In this document: in pieces, positions 18,629 through 30,578 of the stretch
Layout of the letters: each line of letters begins with the position of its first letter
Numbering within the stretch: position 1 is the first letter of the stretch
The notes under the pieces: model-generated
Told to the model about the DNA's origin: nothing
The model's input: only the letters and a program-made list of their open reading frames with translations
The model's database searches: none
Program-made: the position numbers and the translations under genes
NCBI GenBank assembly: GCA_002421665.1
Contig: DISH01000001.1
Span: 69,410 to 133,409, forward strand
DNA length: 64,000 nucleotides
DNA from: Candidatus Omnitrophica bacterium UBA6215
GTDB lineage: Bacteria > Omnitrophota > Gorgyraeia > Pluralincolimonadales > Pluralincolimonadaceae
Reading direction: 5' to 3'

Positions 18629-19614
18629 AAGACCCCGAAAAAATACTCTTAGTGACGCTCAGTAACATAGGCGATGCGGTGCTTACGCTGCCGGTCATAG
18701 GCGCCCTTCGCGAACAGTATAAGGGTGCCTTGATAGATGTTATTGTCGGGCCCCGCGCCGCGGAGATATTCGATTCGGACCCGCGGATAAACAGGGCTTA
18801 TATATATGATAAGTCCGCTTCGCCGTTAGCCAAGCTCTTACTCATGCTGGACATAAGGAAGTCCGGCTACGATCTTGCGGTAGACCTGCGCAATAGCATG
18901 CTGGGGCTGCTCTCCGGGGCTAAAGTATGCAGCAGGCCTGCGAAGGTCGCTGCGGCGAGTGAGGCCAGGCATAAATCCGAAGTCCATCTCGACAGGCTCA
19001 GGGAACTGGGCATACCGGCTGAATACAAACCGTTCCCGGTATGGATAAGCAAAGCCGACGAAGATAAGGCCAGGCTCCTTCTAAGGGACAAGGGGATATC
19101 CGACGGCGAAGAGATAATATGTGTAAGTCCCGGTGCCAGGAGCCATATCAAAAGATGGGCCGAAGGCAGTTTCGCGAAGGCTTGTGACCTGCTTGCCGCG
19201 GAATACAAGACGAAGTTCGTGTTTATCGGCGATGATCCGGACAAACAGATATGCCAAAGGATAATAGGCATGATGCGCCACTACGCGGTATCTACGGCGG
19301 GCCAGACCAACTTAAGGCAGCTGGCCTGGATAATAAAACGTTCATCCTTATTGATAACCAATGACAGCGCACCCCTGCATATCGCCTCTTCTTTTAAGAC
19401 CCCGGTTGTCGCGATATTCGGCCCCACCGACCCGGTTAAATACGGCCCGAGGCCGGAAAGCCCGGGCGCAGCGCTCCACAAGAAACTGCATTGTTCCCCG
19501 TGTGAAGTAGCGGCGTGTAAATACAACCTTGAATGCATGAAGGCGGTTACGGCCGAAGAGGTCTTTGATACCGCAAAAAAGGTGCTCGATGACAGAAGAG
19601 AAAAGAAAGTATAG
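18625..19614 (+). CDS. ADP-heptose:LPS heptosyltransferase (GT9)
   Basis: ILLVTLSNIGDAVLTLPVIGAL...NDSAPLHIASSFKTPVVAIFGPTDP are GT9 motifs. Confidence 0.75.
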   Translation: MKDPEKILLVTLSNIGDAVLTLPVIGALREQYKGALIDVIVGPRAAEIFDSDPRINRAYIYDKSASPLAKLLLMLDIRKSGYDLAVDLRNSMLGLLSGAKVCSRPAKVAAASEARHKSEVHLDRLRELGIPAEYKPFPVWISKADEDKARLLLRDKGISDGEEIICVSPGARSHIKRWAEGSFAKACDLLAAEYKTKFVFIGDDPDKQICQRIIGMMRHYAVSTAGQTNLRQLAWIIKRSSLLITNDSAPLHIASSFKTPVVAIFGPTDPVKYGPRPESPGAALHKKLHCSPCEVAACKYNLECMKAVTAEEVFDTAKKVLDDRREKKV

Positions 19615-20635
19615 GGTCCTGATAATAAGGACCGACAGGATAGGCGACGTGCTGCTTTCCACCCCTGCGATAAAGGCCGTGCGCGACTCATATCCCAATG
19701 CGCATATAGGGGTGATGGTAAGGCCTTACGTCGAGGATGTCGTCGACGGCAACCCCTACCTCGACGAGGTAATACTTTACGACAAGGACAACGCGGAAAA
19801 GGGTATATGGGGGACATTTAGGTTTATCATCGGCCTCAGGCGCAAGAAGTTCGACATAGCTATCGTCCTCCATCCTACGGTTCGCTCCAACCTGATACCT
19901 TTTCTTGCCGGTATACCCGAGCGTGTCGGCTATGACAGGAAATGCGGTTTTTTCCTGACGAAACGCCTAAAGGACATAAAACATATGGGAGAGAAGCACG
20001 AGATAGATTATAGTCTTGATGTCCTTCGCTCTATCGGGATATCGGCGAAAGACAGGTCATTATATATGCCTGTGAAACCCGAATACGAAAGGGTGATAGA
20101 GCGTTTCATGGATTTAAGCGATATAAGCGGCAGGGACGTAGTCGTCGCGATAAGCCCCGGGGCAAGTTGCCCTTCGAAACGCTGGCCTGCTTTCAGGTTC
20201 GGGCGTGTGGCCGATGAGCTTATAGGGAGGCATAACGTAAAAGTCGTCATCATAGGAGGGCCGGCGGATGTCAAGACCGTCAATGAGGTCAAGACCGGCA
20301 TGATGCACAGCCCTATAGTACTTTCGGAGGAACACTCCCTCGGTGAGGTCGCCGCTTTGCTTAAGAGATGTAAGTTATTGATATCCAATGATTCCGGACC
20401 CGTGCATATCGCGGTTGCGGTAGGGACGCCGGTTGTATCGATTTTCGGCAGGTTAGACCCCGGCTTGTCTCCCCAGAGGTGGGGTCCGGTAGGTCCGAGG
20501 GACGTAGTGATGCATAAAGAAGTTGGTTGCGAAGAATGTCTTGCCCATAACTGCAAGAAAGGCTTTAAGTGCCTCGAGGCGATCAAGCCCGAGGAGGTCT
20601 TGTCTGTAGCCGAGGGGCTGCTAGGTATAAATTGA
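19589..20635 (+). CDS. ADP-heptose:LPS heptosyltransferase (GT9)
   Basis: VLIIRTDRIGDVLLSTPAIKAV...NDSGPVHIAVAVGTPVVSIFG are GT9 motifs. The ATG at 19589 is preferred over the ORF-track start at 19565. Confidence 0.75.
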   Translation: MTEEKRKYRVLIIRTDRIGDVLLSTPAIKAVRDSYPNAHIGVMVRPYVEDVVDGNPYLDEVILYDKDNAEKGIWGTFRFIIGLRRKKFDIAIVLHPTVRSNLIPFLAGIPERVGYDRKCGFFLTKRLKDIKHMGEKHEIDYSLDVLRSIGISAKDRSLYMPVKPEYERVIERFMDLSDISGRDVVVAISPGASCPSKRWPAFRFGRVADELIGRHNVKVVIIGGPADVKTVNEVKTGMMHSPIVLSEEHSLGEVAALLKRCKLLISNDSGPVHIAVAVGTPVVSIFGRLDPGLSPQRWGPVGPRDVVMHKEVGCEECLAHNCKKGFKCLEAIKPEEVLSVAEGLLGIN

Positions 20636-20660
20636 CATAACTCATTAATAGTGGTAAACT
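20632..20660 (+). promoter_or_regulatory. candidate sigma70 promoter for hldD-hldE-kdsB
   Basis: TTGACA (overlapping the upstream stop codon), a 17-nt spacer, then TAAACT. A GGAAGGTAAGG RBS precedes the ATG at 20688. Confidence 0.4.
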
Positions 20661-20687
20661 TTTCGAGAACGGAAGGTAAGGCAAATT

Positions 20688-21605
20688 ATGAAATTTTTAG
20701 TGACCGGGGCCGCTGGTCTTATAGGCTCCAACCTCGCGTTAGAACTCCAAAAACAGGGCAATGTTATCGCCCTGGATGACCTATCTACGGGCAGGAAAGA
20801 TAACCTCGCGCGTTTCAAGGGAACCCTTATCAAGGCGGATATCCGAACCGTAGATTACTCGAAATTCCTCTACAGCTGCGACGCCATATTCCACCAGGCC
20901 GCAATAACCGATACTACCGTGATGGACCGCAACATCATGCTCTCCGTGAACGTTGACGCTTTCAAGAGGCTCCTCATATATGCTAAATCCATAGGCTGCC
21001 GCAAGGTCGTTTACGCCTCCAGTGCGGCGACATACGGCAAAGGCAAGGTTCCCATGAAAGAGGCCGACCGTCCTTCGCCCGCGAACATCTACGGCGAGAG
21101 TAAAGTAAGGATGGAGCAAGTTGCCAGGGTATTTGTCAAAGAGAATCCCGGGTTTTCCGCGGTGGGCCTGCGCTATTTCAACGTATACGGTCCTGGGGAG
21201 CTCCATAAGAAGAAAGCTGCAAGCATGATATACCAGCTCTATCAACAGATGTCCGCCGGTAAGAACCCGAGGGTCTTTAAATGGGGCGAGCAGTACAGGG
21301 ATTTCATATACGTAAAAGATGTCGTAACCGCTAACCTTAAGGCGATGAAATATAAGGGTAGCGGCGTATTTAATGTGGGCACGGGTAAGCCCGCGACATT
21401 CAATGAAGTTATAGAAGCCCTCAATAAGGCCATGAAGAAGAAGCTTTCCCCGGAATATTTCGATAACCCGTACGGTTTCTACCAGGACAGGACGCATGCC
21501 GATATGGCATTGTCTTTATCGGCGCTCAAGTTCACGGCGAAATATGACATCTGTAAAGGCATAAACGATTACGTCTCTATACTAAGAAAACAGAAAAGGC
21601 GCTGA
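20688..21605 (+). CDS. hldD: ADP-L-glycero-D-manno-heptose 6-epimerase (NAD-dependent epimerase/dehydratase family)
   Basis: An N-terminal GAAGLIGSNL Rossmann motif is present and the size (about 305 aa) fits. The gene sits adjacent to the heptose kinase and heptosyltransferases. HldD is the preferred call within the SDR-epimerase family given this context. Confidence 0.7.
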   Translation: MKFLVTGAAGLIGSNLALELQKQGNVIALDDLSTGRKDNLARFKGTLIKADIRTVDYSKFLYSCDAIFHQAAITDTTVMDRNIMLSVNVDAFKRLLIYAKSIGCRKVVYASSAATYGKGKVPMKEADRPSPANIYGESKVRMEQVARVFVKENPGFSAVGLRYFNVYGPGELHKKKAASMIYQLYQQMSAGKNPRVFKWGEQYRDFIYVKDVVTANLKAMKYKGSGVFNVGTGKPATFNEVIEALNKAMKKKLSPEYFDNPYGFYQDRTHADMALSLSALKFTAKYDICKGINDYVSILRKQKRR

Positions 21606-21606
21606 T

Positions 21607-22611
21607 ATGCTGAAAAAAGCGGATATAGCAAGACTCAACCATACGATATCGAGATTCAGCGACGTCAAGATACTTGTGGTAGGCGACCTTATACTCGATG
21701 AATTCATCTGGGGGGATTCTTCAAGGATCTCTCCGGAAGCGCCCGTTCCAGTGGTCCTTGTCCAGCGTGAATCGGTGATGCCCGGGGGCGCGGCGAACGT
21801 AGCTAATAATATAAGCGCAATAGGCGCCAAGGCGTTTCTTGCCGGTGTCATAGGCCGAGACGCCCACGGCCGCAAGCTCGAGTCTATACTCAAGGAACAG
21901 GGCGTAGACCTGGAAGGTGTTATTTCTGATCCGGAAAGGCCGACAACGCTCAAGACTAGGGTGGTAGCCCGTCACCAGCAGGTCGTCAGGATAGACCGCG
22001 AAAGTTCTTCCCATACCAATGCGGGAATTAACAGGGAATTGGTCGAATATATAAAATCCAGGATCCGCGAGGTCGACGGTATCATCATTGAAGATTACGG
22101 TAAGGGTGTTGTGACGCCCGGGCTGCTGAAAGAGATAATCCCGTTGGCAAGGAGACTCAAAAAGGTGATAACGGTTGACCCTAAGGAAGAACATATTTCT
22201 TACTACAAAGGGGCTACCGCCATAACCCCGAACCGCAAAGAAGCCGAGTCGATGGGAGGCATGAAAGCCAAGGATGACGCTTCGCTGAACAAGTTAGGCA
22301 GGTCGCTATTGGAGAAACTTAAATTGCAGTCGGCCCTTATAACTCTCGGAGAGAATGGCATGAGGGTATTCGAGCGCGGGGGAAGAACAACCCAGATACC
22401 CACCGTTGCGCAGGAGGTGTTTGACGTTTCGGGTGCCGGAGATACGGTAATAGCTACTTTTACAGCGGCGTTATGCGCCGACGCAAAGATGATAGAGGCC
22501 GCGCATATATCAAATTTCGCAGGAGGTATAGTTGTAGGCAAGGTGGGAGTGGCATCGACTTCCCAGGCTGAGATCAAAGCCAGAATAAGAGACCATCATT
22601 GGCAAGCATGA
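21607..22611 (+). CDS. hldE: D-glycero-beta-D-manno-heptose 7-phosphate kinase (HldE/RfaE domain I only)
   Basis: ILVVGDLILDEFIWGDSSRISPEAPVPVV is an RfaE domain I (pfkB) signature. No C-terminal adenylyltransferase domain is present. Confidence 0.75.
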   Translation: MLKKADIARLNHTISRFSDVKILVVGDLILDEFIWGDSSRISPEAPVPVVLVQRESVMPGGAANVANNISAIGAKAFLAGVIGRDAHGRKLESILKEQGVDLEGVISDPERPTTLKTRVVARHQQVVRIDRESSSHTNAGINRELVEYIKSRIREVDGIIIEDYGKGVVTPGLLKEIIPLARRLKKVITVDPKEEHISYYKGATAITPNRKEAESMGGMKAKDDASLNKLGRSLLEKLKLQSALITLGENGMRVFERGGRTTQIPTVAQEVFDVSGAGDTVIATFTAALCADAKMIEAAHISNFAGGIVVGKVGVASTSQAEIKARIRDHHWQA

Positions 22612-22630
22612 TCCCCCAGGGGGTTCCCGT

Positions 22631-25839
<3,209 letters not shown>

Positions 25840-25843
<4 letters not shown>

Positions 25844-26796
25844 TAAGACGGGCAAGAGAGGTCCTGAGAATAGAGGCCGCTGCAGTTTCGTCCCTTATTC
25901 AGAGAGTAGACAGGAATTTTGAGAAGGCGGTAAAACTGATGCTCGGATGTAAGGGCAAGGTCGTTGTCACCGGTATGGGTAAACCAGGGTTCATCGGGGC
26001 CAAGATATCCGCAACGATGTCCTCGACAGGGACGCCCAGTCTTTACCTGCACCCGGCCGATGCCATACACGGCGATCTGGGAAGGGTCACTAAAGACGAT
26101 GTGGTCGTTGCTATATCGAATTCGGGTGAGACCGAAGAGATAGTGAGACTTCTGCCGACCCTTAGGAAGATCGGTGCCAGGATAATAGCTATCACGGGAA
26201 ACATGGATTCCTCCCTCGCTAAACATAGCGATGTTGCCCTTAACGTGGCCGTCAAGAAGGAGGCCTGCCCGCTTAACCTTGCCCCGACCGCTTCGACCAC
26301 GGCTATGCTTGCCATGGGAGACGCCCTTGCCATAGCACTTCTGGATAAAAGAGGATTCAGGGAAAGGGATTTTGCTTTTTACCATCCCGGCGGTTCTCTC
26401 GGCAAAAGGCTCCTTTTGAAGGTGGAAGATATAATGAGAAAAGGCAAGGCAAACCCCATCGTAAAGGAAGATGAAAAGGTCAGGGGTGTGCTCTTGAAGA
26501 TAACGGGTGCCCGTGCCGGATCGGCTTCCGTCATCGGCAGGAAAGGTGTCCTGACGGGTATATTTACCGACGGGGACCTTAGGCGGCACCTCGGTTCTGA
26601 CCCCATGCTTTCATCGAGGCCGGTAAAGGATGTCATGACCAAGAGGCCGGTGACGATATCCAAAGAGATGCTTGCTGCCGACGCGTTCCGGGTATTGAGG
26701 GAGAAGAAGATCGACGAAATACCCGTAGTCGATAAAGCCGGAAAGCCGATAGGGCTTGTTGATGTCCAGGACCTGCTCAAAGCGGGGCTGGTATAA
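25840..26796 (+). CDS. kdsD: arabinose-5-phosphate isomerase (SIS + tandem CBS)
   Basis: A SIS domain (VVVTGMGKPGFIGAKI) is followed by two CBS domains. The gene overlaps kdsA by ATGA. Confidence 0.85.
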
Positions 26797-27300
26797 ATGC
26801 CGGACATAATCGAGAAGGCCCGCAGGATAAAGCTGCTGGTGTTGGACGTAGACGGTGTCATGACCGACGGCCGGTTGATATATGATAATTTCGGCGACGA
26901 ATTCAAATCTTTCGATGTGCAGGACGGATACGGCCTGGCATTATGGGCCAAGTCCGGCCTGAAATCCGTGATCATAACCGCTAAGAAGTCCAGGATAGTT
27001 TCCCGCCGGGCGAAGTTGTGCCGTATTACAAAAACCTTCATGGACGCTCACGACAAGGGCGTTGTCTACGAAAAGGTTTTGAAGATCTTCAAAGTCTCCG
27101 ATGAAGAAGTCTGTTTTATCGGAGACGACCTGATAGACCTGCCCGTCATGAAAAAGGCGGGCCTTGCCGTAGCCGTTCCTTACAGCCGTCCCGAGGTGAA
27201 GGCCCTTGCCGTTTATACCACCTCAGCCGAGGGCGGCCGCGGGGCGGTAAGGGAAGTGGTCGAGATTATAATGAAAGCCCAGGGAAAGTGGCCCGCCTGA
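26797..27300 (+). CDS. kdsC: 3-deoxy-D-manno-octulosonate 8-phosphate phosphatase (HAD)
   Basis: LLVLDVDGVMTDGRLIY is a HAD motif I in the KdsC context. Confidence 0.8.
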   Translation: MPDIIEKARRIKLLVLDVDGVMTDGRLIYDNFGDEFKSFDVQDGYGLALWAKSGLKSVIITAKKSRIVSRRAKLCRITKTFMDAHDKGVVYEKVLKIFKVSDEEVCFIGDDLIDLPVMKKAGLAVAVPYSRPEVKALAVYTTSAEGGRGAVREVVEIIMKAQGKWPA

Positions 27301-27301
27301 A

Positions 27302-27736
27302 ATGAAAAAAGGTTTTACCATAGTCGAATTGCTGGCAATAATAATCGTAATAGTCGTCTTGATCTGGATAACCCTTCCCAGATTCCGCAGCCTTCAGGAC
27401 AGGGGGAATATAGCGAAGGCAAAGCGGGAACTTATGACACTTCAGGCTTCGGTAGAAAGTTATTACGTTCATAACAAAAGCATCTATCCCGCGCTGTTGG
27501 CGGACCTCATCTCCGTCACCCCTAATATTATAGGCGCCGCGCTTCCCAAAGATCCATTTGGCGCAGGGGAGGATTACAGCTATATGCTTTCGCCCGACAA
27601 AAGGTACTACGTCATATATTCGGTCGGTTCGGCAGGTACGGGGAGCGCCCTGGTGAATAATTCCGGCTCCATAACCGAGATAAACGGACCAAGCTGCATA
27701 TATGTATCGAACGCAGGCCGGGACCTCGAGCCGTAA
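27302..27736 (+). CDS. prepilin-type N-terminal cleavage/methylation protein, GspG/PulG-like pseudopilin
   Basis: KKGFTIVELLAIIIVIVVL is a class III signal (G|F...E+5). It is followed by AKAKRELMTLQASVESYY and DPFGAGEDYSY, which resembles the GspG DPWGNPY region. Confidence 0.7.
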   Translation: MKKGFTIVELLAIIIVIVVLIWITLPRFRSLQDRGNIAKAKRELMTLQASVESYYVHNKSIYPALLADLISVTPNIIGAALPKDPFGAGEDYSYMLSPDKRYYVIYSVGSAGTGSALVNNSGSITEINGPSCIYVSNAGRDLEP

Positions 27737-27740
27737 AATC

Positions 27741-27769
27741 TTGACTTAACCCCCTTATTCTGCTATCAT
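27741..27769 (+). promoter_or_regulatory. sigma70-like promoter for the second lpxL/M gene
   Basis: TTGACT (27741-27746), a 17-nt spacer, then TATCAT (27764-27769). Only about 8 nt separate the -10 element from the GTG at 27778. Confidence 0.45.
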
Positions 27770-27777
27770 TACTCGTT

Positions 27778-28674
27778 GTGAAGCATAGGATCAGGCGAAG
27801 GTATCTATATTACCTTCTTAAGACAGCCAGTTTTATCTCGCTTCTCTTTCCGATCAAAATAAACAGGTTTTTGGGCAGGCGGATGGGGGAGTGTGCCTTT
27901 TTTCTGGTAGGCTCCCAGAGAAAGAAAGCGATCTCCAACCTAAGGATAGCGTTTGGCGGCGAAAAGAGCGCCGGAGAGATAAAGGATATCGCTAAGGGAG
28001 TATTCAGGAACTTAGGGGAAAACCTGCTCGAGACGATGAACTCCTCTAAGTTCACCCCCCGCAATATAGACAAATATGTAAAGATAAAAGGTCTGGAAAC
28101 CGTTGAAAAGGTTCTTTCGCAAAAAAGAGGGTTCATCGTCCTCTCCGGGCATTTCGGCAACTGGGAACTTCTGGCCGGTTATTTCGGCATAAAGAAGTAT
28201 CCGGTCAACGTCCTGGCCCGCAAGTTGAGGTATGATAAATACGACACCTGGTTGAACGATCTGCGCAGCAATATGGGAGTGAATGTCATTATGCGCGATG
28301 GTTCGGCTAAGACTATATTGAGGCTCCTGAGGGAAGGCCAGTCAGTGGCGATATTGGCCGACCAGGACATATCGTCGCTTGATGGCGTGTTCGTGGATTT
28401 CTTCGGGCGTCCCGCTTTTACCCCTACGGCTCCGGTAATACTGGCGTTGGCTACCGCGGTGCCTATCATACCGATGTTCATCGTCAGGGAGAAGGACATT
28501 CACACCATATATGTGGAAGAGCCCCTTGAGTTGGAGATAACGGGGAATAAAGAGACGGATATCAAGGTCAATACCCAGAAATGGTCGAATGTCATCGAGT
28601 CGTATATCAGGAAATACCCTTCTCATTGGGTCTGGATCCACGAGAGGTGGAAGACGGAGGCCGATAAGACATGA
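27778..28674 (+). CDS. lipid A biosynthesis late acyltransferase (LpxL/LpxM family), second copy
   Basis: LSGHFGNWELL...AILADQD...YPSHWVWIHERWK are LpxL/M motifs. The start codon is GTG and an N-terminal TM helix is present. Confidence 0.75.
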   Translation: MKHRIRRRYLYYLLKTASFISLLFPIKINRFLGRRMGECAFFLVGSQRKKAISNLRIAFGGEKSAGEIKDIAKGVFRNLGENLLETMNSSKFTPRNIDKYVKIKGLETVEKVLSQKRGFIVLSGHFGNWELLAGYFGIKKYPVNVLARKLRYDKYDTWLNDLRSNMGVNVIMRDGSAKTILRLLREGQSVAILADQDISSLDGVFVDFFGRPAFTPTAPVILALATAVPIIPMFIVREKDIHTIYVEEPLELEITGNKETDIKVNTQKWSNVIESYIRKYPSHWVWIHERWKTEADKT

Positions 28675-29465
28675 ACCGCAGAAAGTTTTTTGTAGCGCTG
28701 CTTATTGCACTGTCCTTTAACGGTTGCGCGGGAAAAGATGATAAAGCGGCCAAGATCCCCGTTGAGGATGAACCGTCATTGACGGCCGACCAGAAAGTTA
28801 TGTCTTTTTCGCTGGCGGGATACGAGAGGAGCGGCAGGAAAAAGTGGGAAGTCCAGGGTAAGTCCGCCGACATAATGTCCGAAGTGGTAAACCTTACCGA
28901 TGTGGTAGCCAAAGCCTACGGCGAAGAGACGGACATGACCCTTACGGCCGACAAGGGAGTCTTTAACAGGAATACCAGCGATGCGCATTTTGAGTCCAAT
29001 GTAGTTGTCTCGGGAACGGACGGGACCAGGATGACCGCCGATGAGGTCGACTGGAAGAATGCCGACCAGAAGATAGTCACCGACAGCGCAGTTACGCTCT
29101 ACGCCGAGAATTTGGAAAAGTCCGAGGACGGCACCGAAAAGAAGATCCCCACGACTATAGTGTGTGACGGCCCCATGGAGATAAATTATGGAAAGAATTA
29201 CGCGGTCTTTAACACGAATGTAAAGGTTGACGACGAACGCGGCCAGATATTCTGCGATACCGCGACGGCATATTATGACCCGGAATCCAGGAAGGTATCG
29301 AGGATAGTGGCTAAAGGCCACGTGAAGATAATAAGAGGCGGCAGTTGGACGTTCAGCGACGAGGCTGTTTACCTGGCTTCCGAACAAAAAGTGATCCTGA
29401 GCGGTTCGCCGAAAGTTACCATATATCCGGAAGAGTCAAAATCCGCGCAAAAAGAGGGCATGTAG
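28671..29465 (+). CDS. LPS transport periplasmic protein of the LptC/LptA (OstA-like) family, putative lipoprotein
   Basis: A signal peptide ends ...FNGC. Two OstA-like motifs follow: LTADKGVF...FESNVVVSGTDGTRMTADEVDW, and NVKVDDERGQIFCDTATAYYD...AKGHVKII. The gene occupies the lptC/lptA slot upstream of lptB. Confidence 0.55.
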   Translation: MNRRKFFVALLIALSFNGCAGKDDKAAKIPVEDEPSLTADQKVMSFSLAGYERSGRKKWEVQGKSADIMSEVVNLTDVVAKAYGEETDMTLTADKGVFNRNTSDAHFESNVVVSGTDGTRMTADEVDWKNADQKIVTDSAVTLYAENLEKSEDGTEKKIPTTIVCDGPMEINYGKNYAVFNTNVKVDDERGQIFCDTATAYYDPESRKVSRIVAKGHVKIIRGGSWTFSDEAVYLASEQKVILSGSPKVTIYPEESKSAQKEGM

Positions 29466-30188
29466 ATGCATCTCCTCGAGACGAGGGGGCTCCAGAAGAC
29501 ATATAACCGCCGCCGTGTGGTCGACGGTGTCGAGATATCCGTCAAGCGCGGCGAGATAGTCGGGTTGCTTGGACCCAACGGTGCTGGCAAGACCACGACT
29601 TTTTACATGATAACAGGGCTTATAGAGCCGGACAAGGGCGAGGTGATCTTCGATAACCAGGATATCACCAACCTTCCGATGCACAGGCGTGCGCGCTGCG
29701 GCATAGGTTACCTGGCCCAGGAGCCGTCGATATTCCGCAAGCTTACCGTGGAAGAGAATATAATGGCGATCCTTGAAACTTTGAAGATCTCCAAAAAGGA
29801 GCGGAAGAAAAGGCTCGAGATGCTGCTTGGGGAATTGAGGATATCGCACTTGGCCAAGAATTACGCGTATACTCTTTCCGGAGGAGAGCGCAGGCGTCTC
29901 GAGATAACCAGGGCCCTGGTCACGGAACCTTTGTTTGTACTTTTTGACGAGCCTTTTTCCGGAATCGACCCGATAGCTGTCGCGGAATGCCAGGAGATAA
30001 TATGTTCATTGAAGGAGAAGGGTTTGGGTATACTGCTGACCGACCACAACGTCAGGGAGACGCTCTCGATAACCGACAGGTCCTATATTATGGCCCAGGG
30101 AAAAGTGCTTATATCGGGAACGGCGGAAGAGCTCATATCTGACCCGAAGTCGAGGCAGATATACCTGGGAGAAAACTTTAGGATGTAG
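29466..30188 (+). CDS. lptB: LPS export ABC transporter ATP-binding protein
   Basis: Walker [10 protein letters not shown], the [11 protein letters not shown] signature and Walker B LFDEPF are present and the protein is 240 aa. Confidence 0.85.
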   Translation: MHLLETRGLQKTYNRRRVVDGVEISVKRGEIVGLLGPNGAGKTTTFYMITGLIEPDKGEVIFDNQDITNLPMHRRARCGIGYLAQEPSIFRKLTVEENIMAILETLKISKKERKKRLEMLLGELRISHLAKNYAYTLSGGERRRLEITRALVTEPLFVLFDEPFSGIDPIAVAECQEIICSLKEKGLGILLTDHNVRETLSITDRSYIMAQGKVLISGTAEELISDPKSRQIYLGENFRM

Positions 30189-30204
30189 CAAAAGGAGGTT
30201 TGAT

Positions 30205-30573
30205 ATGCAGGTAGTAGTCACGGGAAGGCATTTTGACGTAACCGAAGGCATAAAAACGCATATAAACGACAAGATAGCGAAACTTGGTAAATTTCACCAG
30301 AACCTGCTCGAGGCCCATGTAATACTCGAGGTCTCAAAGTTCCGCCATACGGCAGAGATGACGGTGGTAGGAAAGCAGATGAAATTTACGGCAACGGAGA
30401 CCACCTCCGATATGTATGCTTCCATCGACGCGGCGATAGATTCCCTGGATAAACAACTCAGGAAGCTGCATGACAAGGTAAAAGAACACAGGGTAAGGAG
30501 CTCATCGGGCAGGATAAAGGACATAGCAGCCAGGATCTTAGGCATAAGGGATTACTGGAAGGAAAGGCGATAA
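30205..30573 (+). CDS. hpf: ribosome hibernation promoting factor (RaiA/HPF family, short form)
   Basis: MQVVVTGRHFDVTEGIKTHINDKIAKL matches the HPF N-terminus. An AAGGAGG RBS lies upstream. Confidence 0.85.
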   Translation: MQVVVTGRHFDVTEGIKTHINDKIAKLGKFHQNLLEAHVILEVSKFRHTAEMTVVGKQMKFTATETTSDMYASIDAAIDSLDKQLRKLHDKVKEHRVRSSSGRIKDIAARILGIRDYWKERR

Positions 30574-30578
30574 CGATC

